Assembly (NCBI GenBank): GCA_963793115.1
Contig: CAWBYV010000020.1
Span: 262,124 to 326,123, forward strand
DNA: 64,000 bases
From: an uncultured delta proteobacterium
GTDB taxonomy: Bacteria; Desulfobacterota; Binatia; Binatales; Binataceae
Direction: 5' to 3'
The notes beneath the pieces were generated by a model. That model was not told the DNA's origin and searched no databases. It saw only the letters and a list, made by a program, of their open reading frames with translations. The position numbers and the translations under genes were made by a program. This document shows positions 1-10,491 of this stretch, piece after piece. Each line of letters begins with the position of its first letter. Within the stretch, counting starts at the first letter, position 1.

Positions 1-1
1 C

Positions 2-586
2 TCCAACGAGCCGATCCGGTTCGACGTCCGCGTGCTGTGCGCGACCAATCGCGACCTCGACAAGGAAGTAAAGGCCGGCCATTTCCGCGAAGAGTTGCTC
101 TACCGAATCAACGTGATCAACCTCACGCTGCCGCGGCTGCGCGAGCGCGAGGACGATATCGCCCTGCTCGCCAATCACTTTTTGCGCAAGTACGAGAAAT
201 CGCTCTCGCGCACCGGGATGCGGTTCTCCAAGGGAGCGATGCGCCTGCTGATGAGCTATCCGTGGCCGGGCAACGTTCGCGAGCTCGAGAACACCGTCGA
301 GCGCGCCGCGATCCTGGCCGAGACCGACGTGATCCACTCGCACGACCTGCCCGACAAGTTGCGCGACGCGTCGGCGCCGTCGCCGCCGCTCGACTCGACC
401 GACATGACGCTGGAAGAGCTGGAGCGCGAGCACATCCGGCGCATCCTGGCCACCGCCGAGGGCGACAAGGTCAAGGCCGCGCGGATGCTCGGAATCCATC
501 TATCGACGCTGTACCGCAAGGTTCAGCGCTACCGGCTTGAGTCGCCGGGCGAAGCACCTGCGGCCGCGGCAGCCAGCAGCGGCTGA
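2..586 (+). CDS. sigma-54-dependent transcriptional activator, C-terminal part (5' end lies outside the window)
   Basis: Frame is open from base 2. AAA+ tail motifs (FREELLYRINV, GNVRELEN) and a C-terminal Fis-type HTH (KVKAARMLGIHLSTLYRKVQRY). Confidence 0.85.
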   Translation, partial: SNEPIRFDVRVLCATNRDLDKEVKAGHFREELLYRINVINLTLPRLREREDDIALLANHFLRKYEKSLSRTGMRFSKGAMRLLMSYPWPGNVRELENTVERAAILAETDVIHSHDLPDKLRDASAPSPPLDSTDMTLEELEREHIRRILATAEGDKVKAARMLGIHLSTLYRKVQRYRLESPGEAPAAAAASSG

Positions 587-666
587 AAGGGCCGGGTGGT
601 ACTGGCCAGGACAACGGGCTAAGCTTGCAACAGGGGTTGGCCCTTGGTGCCGTCCCGGAGACGACT

Positions 667-870
667 ATGGATATCTTCTCGCCATCTCATCTGCTGGTCC
701 TGTTGCTGATCGTCCTGATCATCTTCGGGCCGAGCAAACTCGGGGATGTGGGCGGGGCTTTGGGTAAAGCCTTCAAGGACTTCAAGAAGGCGATCAACGA
801 AGACGAGCCCAAACCCGCCGCCAAAGCCGCCGAGCCCAAGCCGGCCGGACCCGCCGACAAACCGTCCTGA
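667..870 (+). CDS. tatA: twin-arginine translocase subunit TatA/E
   Basis: MDIFSPSHLLVLLLIVLIIFGPSKLGDVGGALGKAFKDFKKA gives a TM helix, FG hinge and amphipathic helix, followed by a Pro/Ala/Lys tail. ATG 667 is preferred over the track start at 625. Confidence 0.85.
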   Translation: MDIFSPSHLLVLLLIVLIIFGPSKLGDVGGALGKAFKDFKKAINEDEPKPAAKAAEPKPAGPADKPS

Positions 871-941
871 TTCACGCCCGCCGGTTACGTCCGGGCGCCT
901 GACGCTGCTTCCTGCGCAGGAAAAGCGCAGCGATTCTTCCT

Positions 942-1094
942 CTTACGCCTCTCCCTGACCAGGGAGAGGCCGGCACGAAGCGCGCTTCGTGCCGGGTGAG
1001 GGTGCGAACGATCGGCGGCTCAGGCTACCCTCACCCGGCGCGTCGCTTGCTGACGCTAGCGACGCGCCGACCTCTCCCTGGTCAGGTAGAGGTG
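942..1094. repeat. two inverted copies of REP family 1 (CCTCTCCCTGACCAGGGAGAGG...GCCGGGTGAGGGT)
   Basis: The unit at 942-1003 and its reverse complement at 1026-1094 were read directly. The same unit recurs at 11030, 21650, 51679 and 52937. Confidence 0.75.
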
Positions 1095-1178
1095 CAGACT
1101 CCGGGCGCGCCTCTCGCCTGATATTCCAAGACGCTTCTGCCTGTGCTCACAATGCTCCGAGGCGGAGGCGGGCGAGTC

Positions 1179-3211
<2,033 letters not shown>

Positions 3212-3215
<4 letters not shown>

Positions 3216-3448
3216 ACGCAGCGGCTGCTCTGCGCGCGCCATGGAGTCGGATTCGAGCGCTCGGGCGCATCCGCGCAATCGCGGCGACAGCACGGACTAT
3301 CGTGGGCGACTTGGGCGGCGAGTTGGGCAGATTGAACAGGCTTGGGCGCGAGAGCGAGGAATTTGCCGATGGCTCGCGCCGTACCCGCGCCAGAATCATT
3401 CGGGAGCGGCTCAAAGCAGGCTATCGCGGTCACACTCCCTGTTGTTGA
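3212..3448 (+). CDS. YbdD/YjiX-family small protein (CstA-associated)
   Basis: ATG overlaps the cstA stop (ATGA). Small basic protein ending ...GYRGHTPCC, like the C-terminal CC of YbdD. The cstA-ybdD pairing is conserved. Confidence 0.7.
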
Positions 3449-3655
3449 AACTCGCGATCGCGGTCAACCGCTCTCTATAGCTATTTGCGCTCATCCTGAC
3501 CGTGCCTGGATTGCAAGCTTTTGCGGTTGGTCCTGTGCCTACATCACATAGGTATTTCTCCTTACCCATCCAGGTACTTTTTTCGCGTCACATAGGCAGA
3601 ATTCAGATTGAGCGGAACCGCCGCTTTCCTTTAGCGTGCTTTCGTAGGTACAGGC

Positions 3656-4400
3656 ATGAGTGGATGGGCAGGTGGGGTGCGGTTGGAGGCGTTGGCCAAC
3701 CTTGCGCACGAGTTGAGAACGCCGTTGCAGGTGATGCTCGGTTATATCGACTTGCTGCGCGGCGAATGGGCAGGGGGCGACGAGCCACGGCGAATCCTGG
3801 AGCGCATGAATGGCAGCGCTTGCGAGCTCGCCCGGACCGTGGAAAACCTCATGGACTTCGCCGCGTCGGAGAGCGGCGCGGATGCGCAGGCCGTTGAGGC
3901 GGTTTCGATCGCAGGCCTGATCGCCGAGCTCGATTCCAGCTTTCGAGGCCGCCAACGAAACCAAGGGCCTCGCGCTTGAATTCGATCTCGGCGATGCGCC
4001 GGCAGTCGTTCAAACCCGGCGCCTGTCACTCCGCTTGATTCTCCAGAACCTCATCTTCAACGCTATCAAGTTCACCGGCGCGGGTTCGGTGGCTGTGACC
4101 GTTCGCCACTATCGCGCGGGCGTCGAGATCGAAGTACGAGACAGCGGTCCCGGGATCAGTCCCGCCCAGATCGAATCAGCCTACGAACCGCTGGTGCAGT
4201 TCTCCCGATCGAGCATCCGGCGCCATCGTGGAATGGGGCTCGGACTTACCGTGGTGCGGCGCAATGTCGCCGCGCTTGGCGGAGTAATCGAGGTGCGTTC
4301 CACGCCCGGCGTGGGATCGACTTTCGTGGTGAGGCTCCCCGCCGCTTGCGCGAAAGACTCGCGCAGGCCGCCCGCGATCGCTCACAAGAGGGGCCGTACT
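3656..4400 (+). pseudogene. sensor-less histidine kinase (HisKA + HATPase_c); frame broken near 3942 and 3' end unresolved
   Basis: The H-box LAHELRTPLQ is in frame 2. The N/G boxes (LQNLIFNAIKFT, DSGPGI, GMGLGL, GSTF) are in frame 3. Shifting near 3942 gives a continuous FEAANETKGLALEFDL. In frame 3 there is no stop until 5105, antisense to lexA, so the true end is unknown. Confidence 0.7.
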
Positions 4401-4460
4401 TCGACGATCTCGTCCCCTGCGCATCACCGCCGGAAACCGCGCCGCGATGCGCCGGCAAGC

Positions 4461-5066
4461 CTACCGATAGCGGCGCATCAGCCCGACCACCACTCCGCGC
4501 ACCGTAACATCGGTGTCGGGAGCGAAAATCGGTTGCATGGTAGCGTTCGCGGGCTGCAGGCGGATTCTTCCGTCCTCGCGATAGTATTTCTTGACCGTCG
4601 CCTCGCCATTGATCAGCGCAACCACGGTCTCGCCGTTGGTCGCGCTGTCGCGCCCCTCGACGATTATGTAATCGCCGTCGCGGATGCCCTCCTCCACCAT
4701 CGACTCGCCCCGCACGCGCAAGCAGTAGGTGTTATCGTGGCGGACGAAATCTTCGGGCACGTTGATAGTTTCTGCGGTCTCGAACTGCTCGATTGGAGCG
4801 CCCGCGGCGACCTGGCCGAGCATCGGCAGCTCATGCGCCGCCCGCCGTTTGCGGCGCGGCGTCATCTCCAGCGCGCGGCTGTGATTGTGCTTGCGCTTGA
4901 TGTAACCCTTGGTCTCGAGGTTGTGCAGATGCTTATGGACCGTCGCGAGCGACGAGAGCCCGAAGTACTCGCCGACCTCCTGCAGCGTCGGCGCGTAGCC
5001 ATTCTGGCCTATATACTGGTCTACATAGTCGAGCAGTTGCTTCTGCCGCTTGGTCAGAGTCGTCAT
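4461..5066 (-). CDS. lexA: LexA repressor
   Basis: N-terminal wHTH (LTKRQKQLLDYV...APTLQEVG), cleavage-site region VAAG, and S24 peptidase motifs (GESM, K in the VVALINGEATVKK region). Confidence 0.92.
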   Translation of the reverse strand: MTTLTKRQKQLLDYVDQYIGQNGYAPTLQEVGEYFGLSSLATVHKHLHNLETKGYIKRKHNHSRALEMTPRRKRRAAHELPMLGQVAAGAPIEQFETAETINVPEDFVRHDNTYCLRVRGESMVEEGIRDGDYIIVEGRDSATNGETVVALINGEATVKKYYREDGRIRLQPANATMQPIFAPDTDVTVRGVVVGLMRRYR

Positions 5067-5172
5067 CGCAAACCTCCCCGATCCGCGCGATTCACGCCTG
5101 AATAATGGCGAAAATCGGGCGAAAGTTCAAGCCCCGTCGCAATTCCCGGCGAATACTGCTCCACTGGAATCG

Positions 5173-5541
5173 ATGGCGACGCTGCGCGTGATTTTCGAGA
5201 ACGGCGATCCGGAACGGGTGATCGAATTCAACCCCGCCGACGCGCCCTTCCAGGAAGACGGCCAGCCCGGCTCGATTCTCGACATCCTGCTCGGTCACAA
5301 GATTCATCTCGAACATGCGTGCGGCGGGAATTGCGCATGCACAACCTGCCACGTGATCGTGAAGCAGGGCTTCAAAGTCTTGTCCGAGGCTACGGAGCAG
5401 GAGGAAGATTTGCTCGACCGGGCGCCGGGACTGACGCCGACTTCGCGGCTGGGATGTCAGGCTGTGATTGAGGATGCCAGCGCCGAGACCGTGGTCCTTA
5501 TTCCGCGCTACACGATCAACCGGGTGAGCGAGAGCGGCTGA
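5173..5541 (+). CDS. 2Fe-2S ferredoxin (adrenodoxin/ISC Fdx type)
   Basis: Cys ligand pattern CGGNCACTTCHV ... LGCQ. ATG 5173 (MATLRVIF) is preferred over the track start. Confidence 0.85.
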   Translation: MATLRVIFENGDPERVIEFNPADAPFQEDGQPGSILDILLGHKIHLEHACGGNCACTTCHVIVKQGFKVLSEATEQEEDLLDRAPGLTPTSRLGCQAVIEDASAETVVLIPRYTINRVSESG

Positions 5542-6281
5542 TGAGTTCCTCACGCCCGGAGTACCGCGCACGTATCGAGCGCATCTTCGACCATGCAACC
5601 GACACGCGCTCGTTGTTCATCCGCGCCGCGGACGATTTTCGCTTCGTGCCGGGACAGTTCATCTCGATCGCGATCCCGCTCGCCGGCGAAACCCGCGTGC
5701 GTCCGTACACGATCGCGTCCAGCCCCGAAGACGGGCAGCCGATGGAGATCTGCTTCAATCAGGTTCCCGGCGGCCAAGGCGTGCGATGGCTGTTCGAGCG
5801 CCGCACCGGCGACGAGCTGACATTCACCGGTCCGTTCGGCGCCTTCACGATGGAGCATCCGCCAACGGCCGAGACGGTCTTCATCGCGGTCGCAACTTCG
5901 ATCGCCCCGATTCGTCCGATGCTCCGGTTGGCGCTCAGCGATCGATCGCATCCGGCGCTCAGCCTGCTTTACATGGCCGACTCACTCGAGCATCTGCTCT
6001 ATCGCGATGAGTTCGAGCGCCGGGCGCGCGCCGACGCCCGCTTCAGCTTCGCGACCCGCGCCAGCCTGGTGCCCCGCTTCAGCCTGGTGACGATGGTCGC
6101 GCCGGCGGCCGACCTCGAGGCGCAACTGTACGACGAAGTCGAGCGCCGATGGGTCAAGGGGGACGCCGATCGCAGCCGCCATTTCTATATCTGCGGAGTC
6201 GGCCAGGTCGTCCTGCGGCTGCGCGATCTCCTGCGCGGCGCCGGCTACCAACGCCGCGCGGTGCGATACGAGTCGTGGTAG
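5541..6281 (+). CDS. ferredoxin-NADP+ reductase-like FAD/NAD(P)-binding oxidoreductase
   Basis: RPYTIAS FAD-binding motif and a downstream NAD-binding region (IAVATSIAPIRPM). ATGA overlap with the ferredoxin gene. Confidence 0.75.
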   Translation: MSSSRPEYRARIERIFDHATDTRSLFIRAADDFRFVPGQFISIAIPLAGETRVRPYTIASSPEDGQPMEICFNQVPGGQGVRWLFERRTGDELTFTGPFGAFTMEHPPTAETVFIAVATSIAPIRPMLRLALSDRSHPALSLLYMADSLEHLLYRDEFERRARADARFSFATRASLVPRFSLVTMVAPAADLEAQLYDEVERRWVKGDADRSRHFYICGVGQVVLRLRDLLRGAGYQRRAVRYESW

Positions 6282-6383
6282 CGCCTCCGCGCTTCCTGCT
6301 AGTAGTCAACTTCAACGCGTGCCGTTCCCGCCTGAAAGTCCGAACCTCGACCTGCTGAGTCTGCTCTCCAAAGCGAGTGGCAG

Positions 6384-6507
6384 GAGATTCTTCGACCTCG
6401 CTCGGGCAAAGGAGCCCTCGCTGCGCTCAGAATGACGTTGAATGGGGCTCTCGGGAACCTACTAAACGATAGCGATTGACGTCATTCTGAGCGCAGCGAA
6501 GAATCTC
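6384..6507. repeat. inverted repeat (REP family 3: CGTCATTCTGAGCGCAGCGAAGAATCTC)
   Basis: The right arm at 6480-6507 is the reverse complement of the left arm at 6384-6437, except for a 26-nt insertion in the left arm. Confidence 0.75.
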
Positions 6508-6640
6508 ACACCACGTTCGTCGCACGCCAACGCCGATGGCACCCGCCGGCATTGCCGAAAGCCTCTTGCGTCGCTCCGCGCGTTATCGCATTCTCTCGTT
6601 GAACTACATAGTTCTCTAGACGAACGCAGCGAGGTGAGCA

Positions 6641-8893
6641 ATGAGCGAACAATGGCGGCAGACGATATGTATCCTCTGTTCGGTCAACTGCGGAATCGAA
6701 GTTAAGCTCGAGGAGCGCCATATCGCGCGGGTGCGCGGTAATCGCGCCCATGTCGCTTCGCAAGGCTACGCCTGCGAGAAGGCGCAGCGTCTCGACTATT
6801 ACCAGAACGGGCGCGATCGGCTGACCTCGCCGCTACGACGCAGACCCGACGGCACTTTTGAAGAGGTCGACTGGGACACCGCGATTCGTGAGGTTGCGGC
6901 CGGCTTTCTCCGCGTGCGCGACCGATGGGGCGGCGCCAGCATCTTCTATTACGGCGGCGGCGGCCAGGGAAATCACCTCTGCGGTGGCTACGGGGCCTCC
7001 ACCCGCAAAGCGCTTGGATCGGTTTTCAGCTCTAACGCCCTGGCCCAGGAAAAGACGGGCGAGTTCTGGGTGGACCATATGCTGTTCGGGACGGGCGTCT
7101 CTGGGAGCTACCAGCAGGCGGAAGTGGCGGTGTTCGTCGGCAAGAACCCCTGGCAATCGCACGGCTTTCAGCGCGCGCGGCCGATCCTGCGCGATATCGC
7201 GGCCGACCCGAAGCGCGCGCTAATAGTGATAGATCCACGTCGCACCGAGACCGCCGAGATGGCTGACTTCCATCTGCGCGTGCGCCCCGGAACCGATGCA
7301 TTCTGCCTTGCGGCCATTCTTGGCGTCCTGGTGCAGGAAGATCTGATCAAGCCGGACTTTATCCACGATCGCACTCAAAACGGGGACCAACTTTTCGCCG
7401 TGCTGAGCGAAGTTCCGGTCGCGGACTATTGTGGCCGCGCGGGCCTCAGCGAGGATTTGGTACGTGCAGTCGCGCGCCGTATTGCCCGCGCTTCCAGCGT
7501 TTCAGTGTACGAAGACCTCGGCATCGAGCAATCGCTGCACAGCACTCTGAACTCCTATCTTGAGAAATTGCTATTTGCGGTTACAGGAAATCTCGGCAAG
7601 CCCGGCGCCATGAATGCGGGAACGAGTCTGACCGGGCTGTTCAGCGGTGCGCTCTCGGCTGAGACCAGTCCGGTCGGTGGGCATCGCATCATCGGCAGCA
7701 TGATTCCCGCCAACGTGATTCCCGACGAAATCCTGACTGACCATCCCAAACGCTTCCGCGCAATGCTGATAGAAAGCGAAAATCCCGCGCACTCGGTCGC
7801 CGACAGTGTGCGGATGCGCCAGGCGCTGCAGGCGCTCGAATTCGTCGTCGTGATCGACGTTGCGATGACTGAAACCGCGCGCGAAGCGCATTACGTCCTG
7901 CCGGCCTCGTCGCAGTACGAGAAGTGGGAAGCAACCTTCTTCGGTGCTCCCTTCCACACTGAGACTTACTACGCGAACACCTTCACGCTCCGTGCCCCGA
8001 TTCTGGATGCGACACCCGGAACGCTTCCCGAGGGCGAGATTCATCGCCGGCTGGTGCGCGCTGTCGGCGCGATGACCGACGACGACCTGGCTCCGCTGCA
8101 CGCCGCCGCCGTCAAAGGAAGGCTCGCCTATGCGATGGAGCTGGGGCGAGTGCTATCAGAGCGCCCTCACCTGGCAGGCGTGATGACCGCCGTTCTGTAC
8201 GAAACTCTGGGGCCGACGCTGGGAGCCGGCAACGAGAACGCCGCGGCGGTGTGGGGTATCGCACATAACTTCGCGCGCAGGTATCCAGAGTCGCTGCGCC
8301 GCGCGGGTTTCGATCAGCAAGGTCCGCAGCTCGGCGAGGCACTGTTCGATGCGATCTTGAAAAGTCCATCCGGAGTCGTGGTCAGTGTCGATCCATATGA
8401 GGAGACCTGGCGAAGGATTCATGGAGGACGGATCGATCTTGCAATTCCCGAATTGATACCCGAGCTTAAGTCGCTGCGCGACGAGTTTCCGTCTTCCGAT
8501 CCGAAGTTTCCGTTTGTGCTATCCGCAGGTCAGCGGCGCTCCTCGACCGCCAACACGATCATCCGCGATCCGAAATGGCGCCCAAAGGACCCAGCGGGCG
8601 CGCTGTGGATGAACCCAACCGACGCCGCCGAACTTGGAGTCCGGAGTGGCGGTCGCGTGCGCGTGATCACCAAGCGCGCGAGCGCGGAAACCGTCGTCGA
8701 GCTCACCGACACCATGCTGCCTGGTCATGTCGCGCTGCCGAACGGAACCGGTCTGTGGTACCCCGACCGCGAAGGTCAGGAATTCCAGCACGGCGTCGCG
8801 CCCAACGAACTCACGACGACCGAGCATCGCGACTGGTTCGCGGGCACGCCGTTCCACAAGCACGTGGCCGCGCGGATCGAGGCGGTCAACTAA
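6641..8893 (+). CDS. molybdopterin (bis-MGD) oxidoreductase, formate/nitrate-reductase-like catalytic subunit
   Basis: 750 aa with an N-terminal 4Fe-4S motif CILCSVNCGIEV...C45. Its length and the adjacency of moaA fit the family. GAGGTG RBS. Confidence 0.8.
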   Translation: MSEQWRQTICILCSVNCGIEVKLEERHIARVRGNRAHVASQGYACEKAQRLDYYQNGRDRLTSPLRRRPDGTFEEVDWDTAIREVAAGFLRVRDRWGGASIFYYGGGGQGNHLCGGYGASTRKALGSVFSSNALAQEKTGEFWVDHMLFGTGVSGSYQQAEVAVFVGKNPWQSHGFQRARPILRDIAADPKRALIVIDPRRTETAEMADFHLRVRPGTDAFCLAAILGVLVQEDLIKPDFIHDRTQNGDQLFAVLSEVPVADYCGRAGLSEDLVRAVARRIARASSVSVYEDLGIEQSLHSTLNSYLEKLLFAVTGNLGKPGAMNAGTSLTGLFSGALSAETSPVGGHRIIGSMIPANVIPDEILTDHPKRFRAMLIESENPAHSVADSVRMRQALQALEFVVVIDVAMTETAREAHYVLPASSQYEKWEATFFGAPFHTETYYANTFTLRAPILDATPGTLPEGEIHRRLVRAVGAMTDDDLAPLHAAAVKGRLAYAMELGRVLSERPHLAGVMTAVLYETLGPTLGAGNENAAAVWGIAHNFARRYPESLRRAGFDQQGPQLGEALFDAILKSPSGVVVSVDPYEETWRRIHGGRIDLAIPELIPELKSLRDEFPSSDPKFPFVLSAGQRRSSTANTIIRDPKWRPKDPAGALWMNPTDAAELGVRSGGRVRVITKRASAETVVELTDTMLPGHVALPNGTGLWYPDREGQEFQHGVAPNELTTTEHRDWFAGTPFHKHVAARIEAVN

Positions 8894-9348
8894 TGCGGCG
8901 GACGCGCTTCGATCGATGGCCCTGCCCGATCGCGCGGGCCACGGATCTGATCGGCGATTGGTGGACGCCGCTCGTACTGCGCGAGGCATTTACGGGCCGC
9001 CGGCGTTTCGAGGATTTCCAGCGCGAGCTCGGCATCCCGCGCGCCGTGCTTGCAAAGCGTCTAGATCGGCTGGTCGATGACGGCCTGATGAAGAAGGTCC
9101 CCTACGCGGAGCGCCCGCTGCGCTTCGAGTATCGCCTGACCGACAAAGGCCGCGCGTTCTGGGACGTGCTCGCCGCGATGTTCCGATGGGGCAGCGATTG
9201 GCTCTGGCGCGATGACGAAACGCCGATCGTCCTGGTCGATCGCGAGACCGGACGAGAGGTGCGCCCCCTGGTGGTCGATGAGAACACCGGCCAGCCGCTT
9301 GACGTGCGGCGCTTGCGCGTCGCCCGCGCCAAAGCCGTAGCGAGCTGA
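8893..9348 (+). CDS. HxlR-family transcriptional regulator
   Basis: CPIARATDLIGDWWTPLVLREAF...RFEDFQRELGIPRAVLAKRLDRLVDDGLM...YRLTDKG. ATG overlaps the upstream stop (TAATG). Confidence 0.85.
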   Translation: MRRTRFDRWPCPIARATDLIGDWWTPLVLREAFTGRRRFEDFQRELGIPRAVLAKRLDRLVDDGLMKKVPYAERPLRFEYRLTDKGRAFWDVLAAMFRWGSDWLWRDDETPIVLVDRETGREVRPLVVDENTGQPLDVRRLRVARAKAVAS

Positions 9349-9380
9349 TCTGCGGGGAGCTATACCGGGAATATAGAGCA

Positions 9381-10370
9381 ATGCCGAAAGATTCGTTCGA
9401 TCGCGAAATCGATTACCTCAGGATCTCGGTAACCGATCGCTGCAATCTGCGCTGCGTCTACTGCATGCCGCTGGAGGGGCTGCGCTTTCTGCCGGGTCCC
9501 GAGATGCTGAATGCGGCCGAGATCGAGCAGGTGGTGCGCGCTGCGGTCGGCGTGGGATTCCGCAAGTTCCGGCTGACCGGCGGTGAACCGACGCTGCGCG
9601 CCGACCTGCTCGAAATTGTCGGGCGCATCGCCTCGGTGCCGGGCGTGCGCGACCTCGCGCTCACGACCAACGCAATCCTGATGACGAAGCTGGCGCGGCC
9701 GCTGCGCGACGCGGGGCTTGGCCGGATCAACGTCCATCTGGACAGCCTCAACCCCGAGATTGTGGAGCGGCAGATGCGATGGGGGCGCTTCGAGGAGATC
9801 TGGCGCGGCATCATCGCGTGCGAGGAAGCCGGGCTCACGCCGATCAAACTCAACGCCGTAGTGGCGGCGGGCTACAACGAAGGCGAGGTCGCGGACCTGG
9901 CGCGGCTGACGATCGAGCGCGACTGGCACGTGCGGTTTATCGAGCTGATGCCGCTGGGCGGCGGCGAGTGCGCGCGGCTTTCGATTCAGCGCTACGTCTC
10001 GAATATCGAGACCCGGCGGCGAATCGAGCGCGAGCTCGGGCCGCTGACGCCGATCGAAGCGGGCAATCCCTATGACGAGGCGCGCAACTATCGACTCGCC
10101 GGCGCGCGCGGCGTGGTGGGATTCATCAGTCCGGTGAGCGAGCCGTATTGCGGGACCTGCAATCGGATGCGGCTCACCGCCGACGGCAAGTTCCATCTCT
10201 GCCTGCTCAACGACGACGAGCTCGACGTCCGCGGTGCGCTTCGATCGGGCGCGGACCTCGAAGCGGTCGGGCGGATTTTGATCCGCGCGGTAGGTGGGAA
10301 ACCCACCGGCCATCATCTGCTCCAGGGCCGCTCGACGCGCGAACGCTCGATGTACCAGCTCGGCGGATAG
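9381..10370 (+). CDS. moaA: GTP 3',8-cyclase MoaA (radical SAM)
   Basis: CNLRCVYCMP radical-SAM cluster, C-terminal CGTCNRMRLTADGK second cluster, 329 aa. Confidence 0.92.
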   Translation: MPKDSFDREIDYLRISVTDRCNLRCVYCMPLEGLRFLPGPEMLNAAEIEQVVRAAVGVGFRKFRLTGGEPTLRADLLEIVGRIASVPGVRDLALTTNAILMTKLARPLRDAGLGRINVHLDSLNPEIVERQMRWGRFEEIWRGIIACEEAGLTPIKLNAVVAAGYNEGEVADLARLTIERDWHVRFIELMPLGGGECARLSIQRYVSNIETRRRIERELGPLTPIEAGNPYDEARNYRLAGARGVVGFISPVSEPYCGTCNRMRLTADGKFHLCLLNDDELDVRGALRSGADLEAVGRILIRAVGGKPTGHHLLQGRSTRERSMYQLGG

Positions 10371-10410
10371 TGCGCGCGGCACTGGCACGGCAGCATCGAA
10401 TTCCTGTAAT

Positions 10411-10484
10411 CAAATTCCTGCGAGCAAATTTGAAGCAAGCAAATTTCGAGCAAGTAAATTTTAGGCAAGTAAATTTCAAGATGG
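10411..10484 (+). repeat. five tandem 15-bp AT-rich units (YAAATTTNRAGCAAG) abutting the maoC RBS
   Basis: Units at 10411, 10425, 10440, 10455 and 10470 were read directly. Confidence 0.8.
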
Positions 10485-10491
10485 AGCAACC

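Noticed and set aside
4400-5105. Extension of the histidine-kinase ORF (4035-5105) across the whole of lexA in antisense
   Set aside because: The sequence after the HATPase G2 box is low-complexity Arg/His/Pro and is antisense to a well-supported lexA. The missing stop most likely reflects another indel, not a real 356-aa protein.
6333-6342. TGAAAGTCCG resembling the RNase P RNA CR-I box (GGAAAGUCCG) in a 358-nt intergenic region
   Set aside because: None of the other universally conserved RNase P blocks (GGGUGAAA, ACAGAACCCGGCUUA) are present. The region is instead occupied by the REP family 3 palindrome.
10411-10484. Tandem repeats considered as a mini CRISPR array; the TP and GXY tracts were considered likewise
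   Set aside because: The units are contiguous 15-mers (or coding hexamers and nonamers) without unique spacers, and there are no cas genes in the window.
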